From: Blastocatellia bacterium
GTDB lineage: Bacteria; Acidobacteriota; Blastocatellia; HR10; J050
NCBI GenBank assembly: GCA_025054955.1
Contig: JANWZE010000130.1
Location: forward strand, 9,261 to 73,260
Direction: 5' to 3'
DNA length: 64,000 nt
The position numbers and the translations under genes were made by a program. The first letter of the stretch is position 1; the number at the start of each line of letters is the position of its first letter. Below the pieces are notes generated by a model, which made no database searches, had not been told where the DNA came from, and saw only the letters and a list, made by a program, of their open reading frames with translations. Of the stretch, positions 28,538 to 38,234 are shown in pieces.

Positions 28538-29635
28538 TTGCGATGGAAGAGCTATTGGTCTCTGGTCTATGGTCTGCTTTCTGTGCTCTGCTTATCGGGC
28601 TGCGGTAAAGTTGGCGACCCGCTGCCGCCAGCGCCGCGGCTGCCACTGCGTACTCGAGAACTGGCCATCTTCCAGCGTGGTCCCTTGCTTGTGTTACGAT
28701 GGCCTAATCCCAATGCGCAGACCCTTGAATCACTAGGGTTCAACCTGAGTCGCATTGACGTCTACCGCGTGATCGAGTCGGCCAGCTCAACCGAAGCTGC
28801 GCTCACCGAAGAAGAGTTTGCTACCCAAGCCTCACTCATCGGTTCAGTAGATGAAGCGCGACTACGGAGCACGGCCGCCGGCGCTGAATTGCTTTTTGCT
28901 GATGGCCCGCTGACGCACTTCAATCGGCGCCACTACTACGCGATTCGTTATGTCAGCACGCGCGGGCAAAGCGCGGCGCTATCCAATATCGTTCATGCGG
29001 TCCCGGTGGGCAGCGTCGCAGTCGCGCCCAAAGGGCTCGTCGCCACCGATCAAGCGCAAGGCGTCATCGCTTTATCGTGGACAGCGCCAGCGGTCAATAT
29101 TGACGGTTCCACGCCGGCTTCTGTGTTGGGATACAATGTCTACCGTCGAACAGCAAATCAGCTCCAACTGGGCCTCCCGCTCAATGGGACCACGCCCGTT
29201 CCCTCAACCGAATTTCTCGACCGGCAATTTGAGTATGGCAGCGAGTACGTTTATGTCGTCCGCGCCATCTCGCGGAGTCACACGGGCGAGATCATCGAAA
29301 GCGACGACTCCGAATTCGTCTCCCACATGCCACGCGATCACTTCGCGCCGGCAACCCCTGAAGGGCTTACAGCCGGTTCAGCCAACGCCGTCATCAGCCT
29401 CTTCTGGACAGCCAATAATGAACCGGACCTGGCCGGCTACAACATCTACCGCGCGGAACGAGCTGACGCGCCCGATGCTGAATGGATCAAATTAAATCCT
29501 CAGATTCACACACGCATCACGTTCCGCGATGAGACGACTGTGCGTGGAAAAACTTACTTCTATCGCATCGTAGCGGTAGACCGAGCCGGCAATAGCAGCC
29601 GCCCAACGCCTGTCATCGAGCAACAAGCGCAGTAA
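28538..29635 (+). CDS. Lipoprotein with two fibronectin type III-like domains.
   Basis: In-frame TTG at 28538 gives MRWKSYWSLVYGLLSVLCLSGC (lipobox LSGC). Fn3-like YNVYRR.../YNIYRAER...YFYRIVAVDRAGN. The ORF track starts at an upstream ATG at 28433. Confidence 0.6.
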   Translation: MRWKSYWSLVYGLLSVLCLSGCGKVGDPLPPAPRLPLRTRELAIFQRGPLLVLRWPNPNAQTLESLGFNLSRIDVYRVIESASSTEAALTEEEFATQASLIGSVDEARLRSTAAGAELLFADGPLTHFNRRHYYAIRYVSTRGQSAALSNIVHAVPVGSVAVAPKGLVATDQAQGVIALSWTAPAVNIDGSTPASVLGYNVYRRTANQLQLGLPLNGTTPVPSTEFLDRQFEYGSEYVYVVRAISRSHTGEIIESDDSEFVSHMPRDHFAPATPEGLTAGSANAVISLFWTANNEPDLAGYNIYRAERADAPDAEWIKLNPQIHTRITFRDETTVRGKTYFYRIVAVDRAGNSSRPTPVIEQQAQ

Positions 29636-29737
29636 CTGAAGCTGTTCGATTCCCCGCGCCGTCACGCGCCGCCGTTTGACCTTTCACCACCCGATGTTCT
29701 ATCGTTTTTGCGTGATTCTATCAGCATGAGGAAGCCG

Positions 29738-30253
29738 ATGACGGACAACATACTCTTCGCCTTGCTGATCGTTAGCGCATTGAGCTGGAACCTGGCGTCT
29801 AGCTCGGCTCAGACCAAGCCTGGCGAGAAAGCTTATCCGGTCGGCCCGTTGAGTCAGGACGAAGTCATGACGTTTAATCCTGAATATCGCCAACGGGTCG
29901 TCAGCTACAAACCAAAGCGTGGAGCCATTGACTTTCTTCGCCATTTTTCTGCTCCTGTCACCATAGAAGTTTTCTACGGCGGTTGGTGCAGCGATAGCCG
30001 AGATCATGTGCCCAGCTTCATCAAAGTGATAGAACAGGCTGACAATCCGAATTTCTCTGTCAGCTTCGTAGCAGTGGATGAGAACAAGCAAGAACCCGGC
30101 GGATCAACTCAGTGGCGGCACATCGAGCGGGTGCCCACGTTCGTCGTCTCCGTTGCAGGTCGTGAAATCGGGCGTATCATTGAAACGCCGAAAGGCACGG
30201 TTGAAGAGCACCTCGTGAAGATTCTCAAGCTAGCTGCTCGCCAACCGCGGTGA
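29738..30253 (+). CDS. Secreted thioredoxin-like protein (CxxS-type).
   Basis: Signal peptide MTDNILFALLIVSALSWNLASSSAQ. FYGGWCSDS motif. GAGGAAG lies 4 nt before the ATG at 29738. Confidence 0.65.
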   Translation: MTDNILFALLIVSALSWNLASSSAQTKPGEKAYPVGPLSQDEVMTFNPEYRQRVVSYKPKRGAIDFLRHFSAPVTIEVFYGGWCSDSRDHVPSFIKVIEQADNPNFSVSFVAVDENKQEPGGSTQWRHIERVPTFVVSVAGREIGRIIETPKGTVEEHLVKILKLAARQPR

Positions 30254-30497
30254 ATGTCATTGACGAAACGATGAAGGTTCAAAGATGAATCTTGAAATTG
30301 GAATCACCGAACATAGGGAGAAGCACAAGCAAGGGTTGTTGACGCAACCGCTCGGCCCGTCCCGCCGCAGCCAATGCGCCTGTTCGCGTGAGGCATGGCT
30401 GTGCTTCGACTGGTTTGACCCTACGCAGGTCGCAAACATGGGCAAAAGCGTTTCAGTGGCTGCCCTATCAGATAGATTGTGAAATAGGAAAAAACCT

Positions 30498-31112
30498 ATG
30501 TCGGACCTGTTTTCCGGTGTGACGCCGCTCATGATCTTCTTAGGGATCACTGCACTTGGTTTTTGCTATTTGCTGGTGAGCCTGTTGATCGGCGACTGGG
30601 GAGAGCATGACGTGGGGCTCAACCACGACGTCGAGAGCGGCCACGGCATTGCCGAACATGGGCACGAAGGTCCCAGTTTCGTCAACAGCCGTGTCATCAG
30701 TGTGTTCATCACGGCGTTTGGGGCGCTGGGCGCCATCGCCACCTACGCAGGAGTCGGCGTGCTGGTCAGCTCATTGTGTGGCGTGATAGGTGGATTGGCG
30801 CTTGGTTGGTTGGTCTATGCATTTGGTCGGTTCCTCTATTCGCAGCAAGCTTCCAGTGAGATTTCCGTGCATGATCTGCTTGGACAATTAGCCACGGTAA
30901 CGGTGACCATCCCACGCAATGGCTTGGGACAAGTGCGCTGCGTGATGGGAGAGACCGTAATCGAAAAAATTGCTCGCTCTGATGATGGAAGCGAAATCCC
31001 ATTCAGCACGCTGGTGCGCATTGATGATATTCATCCAGATTTTGTCGTTGTGCGACGCGCGGATGTCATAGACGCAGAGTTCACGGTTGGACGCTTGTTC
31101 GATAAATCGTGA
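30498..31112 (+). CDS. NfeD-family membrane protein (flotillin-associated, OB-fold C-terminus).
   Basis: N-terminal TM helices and C-terminal beta-rich domain. Immediately precedes the flotillin gene, which is the classic pairing. Confidence 0.7.
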   Translation: MSDLFSGVTPLMIFLGITALGFCYLLVSLLIGDWGEHDVGLNHDVESGHGIAEHGHEGPSFVNSRVISVFITAFGALGAIATYAGVGVLVSSLCGVIGGLALGWLVYAFGRFLYSQQASSEISVHDLLGQLATVTVTIPRNGLGQVRCVMGETVIEKIARSDDGSEIPFSTLVRIDDIHPDFVVVRRADVIDAEFTVGRLFDKS

Positions 31113-31216
31113 ACATGCCGTCTTCACTACCGAACGACGAGCGACATACGGAGAGCCGAAAGGAAGACTCGCCCTCTAATCGCTTGTGTTGAGTTTTTGG
31201 ATAAGGGAGGACATGT

Positions 31217-32785
31217 ATGGAATTAGGCAGTTTATTTATTCCGATGATGGTTCTCATCATCCTCTTGACGGTGCTCATCGCCGGCATGCTGCTGGCACGC
31301 AATTACATCAAGGTAGCCCCCAACGAGGTGGCTGTGTTCAGCGGTCGCAAACGCACGCTGCCCGATGGAAAAACGGTCGGCTACCGTTTGGTCAAGGGCG
31401 GCGCTAGCTTGCGCATTCCGCTCTTGGAAAAGGTGGATTACCTTTCGCTCAACGTCCTAACGATTCCGCTGGAGATCAAACGCGCCTACACATTGATGGG
31501 CGTGCCGGTGTCGGTCAAGGCCGTGGCGAACGTCAAAATCAAGAGCGATGATGTGTCACTGCAAGCAGCGGCCGAGCGGTTTCTCGGCGTTGATCAAGAT
31601 GAAATGCACAAGGTCATCTTCCAAACCTTGGAAGGTCATTTGCGATCTATTTTGGGGACGTTGACGGTTGAAGAAATTAACGGCGACCGGCAGAGCTTCG
31701 CGCAGAAGTTGACCTCCGAAGCCGCAGTGGACCTGGAGCGCATGGGTATTGGCGTGGATGTGCTGACCATACAAGAGATCAGCGACGAACACGACTACCT
31801 GGATTCGCTCGGCAAAAAACGGACGGCTGAAGTGAAACGTGATGCTGAAATCGGCAAGGCAGAGGCTGACCGTGACGCGAAAATCAAATCGTCGCTGGCC
31901 TACCAAGAGGGAGAAAAGGTTCGATTGGAAGCAGAGGCCAATATCGCGCAAGCTCAACGTGACTTGGAAATCAAGAAAGCTCGGTATCTGGCTGAAATCG
32001 AATCGGAGCGCGCTCGCGCTGAGCAGGCCGGGCCACTGGCTCGCGCACAAGCTCAACAGGCAGTCGTGGCCGAGGAAGTCAAAGTCGAACGGATTCGCAC
32101 ACAGGAACAAATCGGCGTGCAGGAACAAGAAGTCCAGCGAAAATCCCGCGAGCTGGAAGCCACGGTGGAACGACCGGCAGAAGCGCAGAAAAATGCAGCC
32201 ATCCTGAAAGCCGAAGCAGCCAAGCAAGCGGCTATCTTAGAAGCCGAGGGCAAAAAACAAGCGTTGATCGCCATTGCTGAAGCCGAGCAAGAACGACTGG
32301 AGAAAGAGGGACTGGGCCGCGCGGCAGCCATTGAGGCCGAAGGCAAAGCTGAAGCGGCGAAGATCGAAGCGATCGGCCTGGCACAGGCCAAAGCCATCGA
32401 AGCGCAGGGCCTGGCCGAGGCTGCGGCGATTCTGAAGAAAGCTGATGCCTGGAAGCAATTCAATGAGGCTGCGCGATTGCAAACGATCTTGGAGAAATTG
32501 CCGAGCATTTTGCAGGCTTCCACCGGCATCTTCGGCGCGGTGGCCGCTCCCTTGGGCAATATTGACAAGGTCATCGTGATCGAACAAGGCAACGGCTCCA
32601 CTTCACAAAGCGGCGTGACCCGATTCGCCAACAATGCCCCGGCATTAATCTTCAACCTGTTGCAGCAGCTCCAAGCCCTCGGATTGAATCTGCCCGAGAT
32701 CATGAATCAACTCGGTATCAAACAAACAAATCAGCCGGTAGCGGTCGCTGAATCGCTGAGCGAGCCGGGACCTCCAACGTCCTGA
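31217..32785 (+). CDS. Flotillin-like SPFH/band-7 protein (FloT/YqiK-type).
   Basis: N-terminal TM. SPFH domain. Long EA-rich coiled-coil (AEAAKIEAIGLAQAKAIEAQGLAEAAAILKKA). 522 aa. Confidence 0.85.
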   Translation: MELGSLFIPMMVLIILLTVLIAGMLLARNYIKVAPNEVAVFSGRKRTLPDGKTVGYRLVKGGASLRIPLLEKVDYLSLNVLTIPLEIKRAYTLMGVPVSVKAVANVKIKSDDVSLQAAAERFLGVDQDEMHKVIFQTLEGHLRSILGTLTVEEINGDRQSFAQKLTSEAAVDLERMGIGVDVLTIQEISDEHDYLDSLGKKRTAEVKRDAEIGKAEADRDAKIKSSLAYQEGEKVRLEAEANIAQAQRDLEIKKARYLAEIESERARAEQAGPLARAQAQQAVVAEEVKVERIRTQEQIGVQEQEVQRKSRELEATVERPAEAQKNAAILKAEAAKQAAILEAEGKKQALIAIAEAEQERLEKEGLGRAAAIEAEGKAEAAKIEAIGLAQAKAIEAQGLAEAAAILKKADAWKQFNEAARLQTILEKLPSILQASTGIFGAVAAPLGNIDKVIVIEQGNGSTSQSGVTRFANNAPALIFNLLQQLQALGLNLPEIMNQLGIKQTNQPVAVAESLSEPGPPTS

Positions 32786-32961
32786 TGAGGGATTGCGACG
32801 GAACGAAAGCATCCAGAACTCAGGAGACAGGAGCCGGGAAGCGCGAATCAAAGACTCATTTCAAAACGGATTGGCGTCTCGTTGCGGGCGACCACGGCGA
32901 GCCGTCTCTGCGTCTCAGCGGGCGCTGCTAGGTAAAGACACAACTGAAAATCGCTATGGAG

Positions 32962-33066
32962 GAAATCACCGTTGCTGCCCGGCACGTTGGTTCATCTTTT
33001 TCGTCTTCAGGCATACGCTTGACGGCTTCAGCAGAAAATCACCGTTGTCGTCCGGCACGTTGGTTC
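32962..33066 (-). repeat. Tandem duplication (period about 71 nt) of the 3' terminus of the gene at 33039..34013.
   Basis: Copy 2 encodes the real C-terminus (...PMNQRAGRQR*). Copy 1 encodes the orphan fragment MNQRAGQQR*. Confidence 0.8.
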
Positions 33067-34013
33067 ATCGGCCGCAGCTTGACTTCCAGTTCATGTTGCA
33101 AAATTTCTTCCCAGAGCGCCTGAATCCGTTCAGCATCAGTCACCGGATTGAGGAAAAGTCCTATCTGCCGGTCATAATCAATTTTCTTCTGGGGATCAGG
33201 CTCACGGTCATGCTTCTGTTGCAGGTCAGAGAGAATTTGCTGTCTTTGATCCTCGCTCGTGAGGGTCGTTGGATCAATGAATGAGTGATCCGGCGCGTTG
33301 AGCGTGGCAAGCCGCTGCAGGGCGCGCGGATCAATGCTCAACACATCAACATGGACAGCGCGATTGACCGGCTCACGCAGGATTTGCCGGAATCGGACCA
33401 CGCCCTCTTTCTCGGCCTGTCGGCAGCCAGCTTCAATGGCGGCCAGATCGGCGCCAGCCAGATCAAACACAGCTCGATCGGTCGCATGTGGCGTACCGGT
33501 CGGCGCGTTTACGATGTAACCGCGCGCGCGCAATCCCATCAGGGTCGGCAGCCATGAATCCGGATCGTCCAGACGCATCTGATCACGGCGCGGCAACGCA
33601 ATCGCATCGGACGGACGAGCATGGTTGTAACGTCGCGCGAGTTCGTAGATCACATCGAGCTGATCGTGTGGGCTACGGTAGCCTGAACTCATCTGTGTTC
33701 CCGCCGGCAAATACGGCAACAAGATGGCGAACGTGAGACGTCGGGAAAAGTCTTCTTTTCTCACCAAGTCATCATAATATCGCCTTAGGTCTTCCAAGGG
33801 ATCGCCTGGCGCTTGCTTTTGCAGTGGAACTGCCCAGGAAGGCTTCTGCTCAAGCATCGGCGACGGCTCGACCTGCTGAGCCGGGGCGTCGAATTCTTCC
33901 GGCCAACAGGCGTCGAAAAAGACAACCGCTGACATGACAACGGTCAGTCCGATCCACACGACATTTCCTCGTGTGAATATCCGCTGTAGCGTGAAGATCT
34001 GCCGTGCTCTCAT
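33039..34013 (-). CDS. Hypothetical protein with an N-terminal TM anchor.
   Basis: Internal ATG at 34013 gives MRARQIFTLQRIFTRGNVVWIGLTVVMSAVVFF. The ORF track extends to 34343. No domain recognised. Confidence 0.45.
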   Translation of the reverse strand: MRARQIFTLQRIFTRGNVVWIGLTVVMSAVVFFDACWPEEFDAPAQQVEPSPMLEQKPSWAVPLQKQAPGDPLEDLRRYYDDLVRKEDFSRRLTFAILLPYLPAGTQMSSGYRSPHDQLDVIYELARRYNHARPSDAIALPRRDQMRLDDPDSWLPTLMGLRARGYIVNAPTGTPHATDRAVFDLAGADLAAIEAGCRQAEKEGVVRFRQILREPVNRAVHVDVLSIDPRALQRLATLNAPDHSFIDPTTLTSEDQRQQILSDLQQKHDREPDPQKKIDYDRQIGLFLNPVTDAERIQALWEEILQHELEVKLRPMNQRAGRQR

Positions 34014-34448
34014 GAGGCAAATTCCTATCCGCTCTTCGCCTTGGGCGCGCTCGGCGCCTTGGCCTCGCCTGGCAATCACTGGATGGCTCATGCCCGTTCT
34101 CGGCATCGGCTGCCGGCCTCCAGCGGCGAGCGATTTGATCATCACTGCAACCGCTGTGCCGTCGGTCAACGCATATCCATCCGTACCGCCTGGCTCAAAC
34201 CAAAAGAGAGCAACTGTAACGTCGGGAAATACATAATCAAAAGATTTTCCGAACCGCCGAAGTGGTGAGCGCCGGCGCTCGCGCAATGGAAGTTTCACTC
34301 TTGAAACATCATGCTCAACGGCGCCGCCTGTTGATCGGAACAAGCCGATGAAGAAAGCGGTGACATGCGCTCTTCAAGCAAACAAAAAGGCATGCCCGAA
34401 GGATTTTTCGGACATGCCTCCGAGTTTGAGGATTGTGTTACTACCGAT

Positions 34449-34673
34449 CTAGCGTGATTTGACTGCCGCCTTTGACGCCTTCAACGGGTTCTTGACGCCC
34501 GTGCCGACAGTGGCCATGCGCTTGGCATACTCAGCGCAATCATGTTGGGCAGCTCGCTCCCGGTAATATGATTCCCGATCAACGCCCTGCGCAATGTAGG
34601 CCACCACCGTGAACATGGCGGCGCACTTGGGACAGGTCAATCGCACTGTCCGTGCTGACATCCGTCTTGCCAT
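34449..34673 (-). CDS. Small hypothetical protein (74 aa) with a CPKC...CAEY cysteine pattern.
   Basis: ORF only. Possible zinc-binding motif. Confidence 0.35.
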   Translation of the reverse strand: MARRMSARTVRLTCPKCAAMFTVVAYIAQGVDRESYYRERAAQHDCAEYAKRMATVGTGVKNPLKASKAAVKSR

Positions 34674-34699
34674 AGGTCTTTGCTTTCTCCTCTACGATT

Positions 34700-34826
34700 T
34701 GTCAAGCAATGTCATTGACGAGTGCACGCCAATAACAAGAAGAGGAATGCTGCCAGAGGCAATCGGCTTTGTCAATGGTCATCGCCTTGAGCGAGCTTTG
34801 TCAATCCTCATTGCCTTGAGTGACGG
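34700..34826 (-). promoter_or_regulatory. Three direct copies of a TTGACAAAG/T-containing repeat of about 29 bp, upstream (minus strand) of 34449..34673.
   Basis: Plus strand: ctttgtcaatggtcatcgccttgagcgag / ctttgtcaatcctcattgccttgagtgac, plus a partial third copy. On the minus strand each carries TTGACA. Confidence 0.4.
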
Positions 34827-34852
34827 AAAGCCAGGCCACGCTCTTACGCCGG

Positions 34853-35371
34853 TTACCGCACATTGATGACCGCCAATGTGCGCTCGCGGATTGTGATGCC
34901 ACCAGACAGCCCAGCCCGACGGCCTTGAATGCGAACTTGATGGACGCCAGGACCCACATTGCGTGCGATGAACACCAGCGTGCTATTGCGCGTCTCGTTC
35001 TGATTGAAACCAACCAGGAAATTCCGCAACGTGACTTCGCCAGGCTCAACTTGCACACCGTCAACCAAACACCGTGTGATAACCGAGGTTGCGGTGCTGG
35101 TAATCGTCAAAAAGTTTTCGGCAGAAAACATGATGATCAGGTCGCCGCCCGGCAGCGGTTGCGTATTGACCACCATGCCGGGAATATCTTCAAAGTCATT
35201 TGATCGAACTGTGTATTCGTCTCTTGCTGCGACAGTGGCGCCCGGCGTTTGTACAAGCGCGACGCTGGCTGAATTAACGCTTTGGTTATTCAAAAATGTG
35301 GTAACGATGCTGGAAACGAGCACATTCAAGAGCACAATCAGCAGAATCGCATAGAGTTTTTTCCTGCACAT
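34853..35371 (-). CDS. Secreted or anchored hypothetical protein.
   Basis: GGAGGAAACC ATG at 35371 gives MCRKKLYAILLIVLLNVLVSS. Confidence 0.55.
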   Translation of the reverse strand: MCRKKLYAILLIVLLNVLVSSIVTTFLNNQSVNSASVALVQTPGATVAARDEYTVRSNDFEDIPGMVVNTQPLPGGDLIIMFSAENFLTITSTATSVITRCLVDGVQVEPGEVTLRNFLVGFNQNETRNSTLVFIARNVGPGVHQVRIQGRRAGLSGGITIRERTLAVINVR

Positions 35372-35564
35372 GGTTTCCTCCACTGGTTAATTTCTTCCGG
35401 GCCGCGCTTATTCTATCAAACTCATCAGCCGAAGCAAGCAGGATTTCAGACACACCGAGAGCTCGATCCACTCCATCTTCAATAAGAGCGGGCGGCGACG
35501 GGCTTTGCCGCCGCCGCTTGAAAAAACCTCTCTGCGGAAGGAGCGTCGTTCGCCCTCGGAAAAA

Positions 35565-36173
35565 TTAGCGATTACTGAAAAATCGGCCGACCAAACCGGC
35601 TACGTCGTCCAGCGCGCTGCCATCCTTATCCGCATCCAAAAAGCTACTCACCAATCCCAACCAATTCGACGATTGCGCTGCCGCTGCTTGCGTCTGCTCA
35701 CCTAGCATGGAAGCTAATCCATTAGCATCCAGCCCCTCTTGGCGCACGCTCTTGCCCAGCGCACCCATGACGATTGGGGCAACCAGTTGAAGAAGGCGGC
35801 TCACCGTATCAACATTGAGGCCTGTTCCCTGCGACAAACCAGCGGCGACAGAATCGGTATGACCGCCGAGCACATGACCCAAGATGCCCGCGCCATTACC
35901 AGCCCTGGGGTTGCCGTTGCCGGCCTGTGGATTGGCAAGGAATCCAGCAATATCGTCAAAGATACTGCCATCATGATCACGATCCAGCGCCTGAAACAAC
36001 GACGAAGCGCCATCGGGATTCGACGCATTATTGGCGAGCGCCTGCATTAACACCGGCACAGCGGCTGAAACTGCGCTGCCGACGCTGTTTTCATCTGCGC
36101 CAAGCATTTGACTGAGCTGTTGCACACCGCCACTTTGCAATTGCTCCATAACCATATCCATGATAGAACTCAT
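35565..36173 (-). CDS. DUF937-like (YidB-type) Gly/Ala-rich hypothetical protein.
   Basis: Composition and repeated DxDGS(A/I)xDD(V/I)AG motifs. Confidence 0.5.
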   Translation of the reverse strand: MSSIMDMVMEQLQSGGVQQLSQMLGADENSVGSAVSAAVPVLMQALANNASNPDGASSLFQALDRDHDGSIFDDIAGFLANPQAGNGNPRAGNGAGILGHVLGGHTDSVAAGLSQGTGLNVDTVSRLLQLVAPIVMGALGKSVRQEGLDANGLASMLGEQTQAAAAQSSNWLGLVSSFLDADKDGSALDDVAGLVGRFFSNR

Positions 36174-36481
36174 AACTTACTCTCCTTCGTGTTTGATGTA
36201 AGCTCGGAAGCAGGATATGAGGGTTGTGCGTTTCCGTTGATGTGGACTTATCTTCCTCCCATCCCCTTCCTCGACGCCCGCTAGAATAATGCGCGAGCAA
36301 CGGCAAGTCAAGCGAGACGTTCATCAAGAGCGCAAGCGAGGAAGTAGAAGTTTTTACGGCATGTGATCTCACTGACCTGTGACGCTTTTGCGACAATGCG
36401 CCGGCGTACCAACCCACGCTTGACGCAGAACCAACGCGGGAGCGTATGTCTATTGCAGGAACCGTCCCCATGCGATTGCAT

Positions 36482-36528
36482 GCCACGAAGCATGAAAATG
36501 AAGCACAGGCGGGAACGCCTATGCCACA
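36482..36528 (+). repeat. Copy B of the conserved hairpin element.
   Basis: ATGAAAATGAAGCACAGGCGGGAACGCCTATGCCACATTCTGACAGG. Confidence 0.7.
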
Positions 36529-36599
36529 TTCTGACAGGGATCGCCCATGGGCGGAGGCTCGCCACGATGGATGAAAACGTGGGAGCACCCTTGCAATTA

Positions 36600-36684
36600 G
36601 GAAATCCGAAATCCGAAGATCGAAATCCGAAACGTTTCGGATTTGGGATTTCGTGCTTCGAATTTCCCCCGCGGGGGCAGGGCG
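36600..36684. promoter_or_regulatory. Compound palindromic region: AAATCCG heptamer run, a perfect 22-bp palindrome AAATCCGAAACGTTTCGGATTT (36623..36644) and a CCCCCGCGGGGG palindrome.
   Basis: Read directly. A related half-site AAAATCCAAACGTTTCGGCA recurs at 36971..36990, about 50 nt upstream of the Rrf2 gene start. Confidence 0.6.
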
Positions 36685-37038
36685 CGCGCTCCTAGTGATT
36701 TTCGCACGAGGACAAGTCAACCGGTTGCCCGGAGGCTGTCATAGCTCTTTTTGTCGGGTAACCAGCAGAGAGTTATTTTGAGCGAAGCGACGACAGGCCC
36801 GCGTGTGGCATTTGCCCACCTTAGTTGGCAAAATTCCCCACCTGACGCGATCTCGTGAAGCCGAGCTGAGCTTGAAGAACTTTGTAGACAAATCGGACTA
36901 ATTGACTCCAATTGCTCAACAACGAAGCGCTTATCTAGCGTTGCCTTGGTTCGTCCTAACCAGGCGCCGAAAAATCCAAACGTTTCGGCACAGGACTTGC
37001 CCAGCAGCTACCGAAAGCAAAAAAGTGAAGGAGCAACG

Positions 37039-37536
37039 ATGCAGTTGACACGTGCCGCCGATTATGGGGTGAGAGTGATGATTCACTTAGCCAGTCTCCC
37101 CAAGGGCGCGCGAGTGAAGCGCGACGAATTGGCTGAGGCGGCAGGTGTGCCTGAGAGCTTTATGTCAAAGGTGCTGCAACGATTGGTCAGAGCGCGATTG
37201 ATTTTTTCTCGCCGGGGAACACAAGGAGGGTTCCAGTTAGGCGTTGCCAGCGAGAACGTCTCACTGCTCGATGTGGTCGAAGCGATCGAAGGGCCTATTG
37301 AACTGAACCTGTGCCTCATCTCAAAGGACTCCTGCGAGCGCGCCCTGTGGTGTCCGGCGCACTCGGTATGGGCGGAGGCGCAGGCGGCTCTGGTCAATGT
37401 CCTGAAGAGCGCCTCGTTGGCCAAGCTGGCCGCTGAGGCAGCGGCGCGCCGGGCAATGGTTGAGCGGCACGGTCATGACCCGTTGAGTCAGGCTCATGGC
37501 AATCAGATATGTCGTGATGATAACTGGCAGAGATGA
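37039..37536 (+). CDS. Rrf2-family transcriptional regulator (IscR/NsrR-like, Cys-containing).
   Basis: MQLTRAADYGVRVMIHLA...SKVLQRLVRARLI...GGFQL. Cys cluster C..C.....C. GAAGGAG lies before the ATG at 37039. Confidence 0.8.
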   Translation: MQLTRAADYGVRVMIHLASLPKGARVKRDELAEAAGVPESFMSKVLQRLVRARLIFSRRGTQGGFQLGVASENVSLLDVVEAIEGPIELNLCLISKDSCERALWCPAHSVWAEAQAALVNVLKSASLAKLAAEAAARRAMVERHGHDPLSQAHGNQICRDDNWQR

Positions 37537-37548
37537 GGAGAGGTGCAC

Positions 37549-37752
37549 ATGGAACTCACCTGGATTGCCATTGCCGCCAGTTTGTTCATGGGCGCTGGGG
37601 CGATCTGTGTCTTCATCTTTGCTGTGAACAAGGACTACTTCCGCGATTTGGAGAATGTCAAATATCAGGTCTTCTGGTCAGATGTGGAAGAGCTAGTTGA
37701 TTCATCGAGGGAGGAACGAAACGATGAGCATGACCAAGAAAGCGATTCATAA
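37549..37752 (+). CDS. ccoS: CcoS/FixS-like small membrane protein (cbb3 oxidase maturation).
   Basis: Single TM followed by [16 protein letters not shown], matching the CcoS FxWAxxSGQYDDLDG pattern. RBS GAGGAGAGG. Confidence 0.5.
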   Translation: MELTWIAIAASLFMGAGAICVFIFAVNKDYFRDLENVKYQVFWSDVEELVDSSREERNDEHDQESDS

Positions 37753-38218
37753 ACCAACCGCCGCTGAAGACGAGCTCACCACGCGTCGCCGGTTTTTGAC
37801 GTGGCTCAGTGGCGTCGGACTGGTTGGGTCAGCAATCATCAGCATTTTTTCAAATCTCATCTTCATCAAGCCGCGAGCCACCTACGGCGAGCCGAACCGA
37901 TTTCCGATCGGCAGGCCGGAAGAGTTCCCGCCCGGCACGCGCATCTCGATTGATGACAAGCGCGTTTGTATCGTGCGCGAAGGCAACCGGCTGGCGGCGA
38001 TTTCCACGACGTGCACACATCTGGGGTGCATCGTGGCTGCCTCAGAGACGGGCTTTGCCTGTCCTTGCCATGGGTCGCGCTTCGATCAAGATGGCAACGT
38101 GACAGGTGGACCCGCGCCCAAGCCGTTGCCCTGGTATCAAGTCAACCTTGCGCCCAACGGCGAGCTGGAAGTTGATAAAGACACAGAAGTGCCACCGGGA
38201 ACTTACATCACAGTTTGA
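37724..38218 (+). CDS. Rieske [2Fe-2S] iron-sulfur subunit of a cytochrome bc complex (Tat signal).
   Basis: TRRRFLTW twin-arginine motif. CTHLGC...CPCHGS Rieske boxes. RBS GAGGGAGG. Confidence 0.85.
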   Translation: MSMTKKAIHKPTAAEDELTTRRRFLTWLSGVGLVGSAIISIFSNLIFIKPRATYGEPNRFPIGRPEEFPPGTRISIDDKRVCIVREGNRLAAISTTCTHLGCIVAASETGFACPCHGSRFDQDGNVTGGPAPKPLPWYQVNLAPNGELEVDKDTEVPPGTYITV

Positions 38219-38234
38219 CGGAAAGGGGACGATC

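Noticed and set aside
30285-30482. 65-aa + ORF, and a 97-aa minus-strand ORF (30257..30550), in the gap before the NfeD gene.
   Set aside because: Both have a weak RBS, no motif and mutual overlap. They are probably noncoding leader DNA of the NfeD-flotillin operon.
33285-33736. Several 70-90-aa + strand ORFs inside the minus-strand hypothetical gene.
   Set aside because: Ala/Arg-rich shadow frames of a high-GC gene.
36363-36695. 110-aa ORF, and a 51301..51492 ORF, both beginning MKM(K/N)HRRERLCHIL.
   Set aside because: The shared peptide comes from the conserved hairpin element. The third copy at 7020..7054 has a 1-nt indel that destroys this frame, and the downstream parts of the two ORFs are unrelated, so the conservation is nucleotide-level and not coding.
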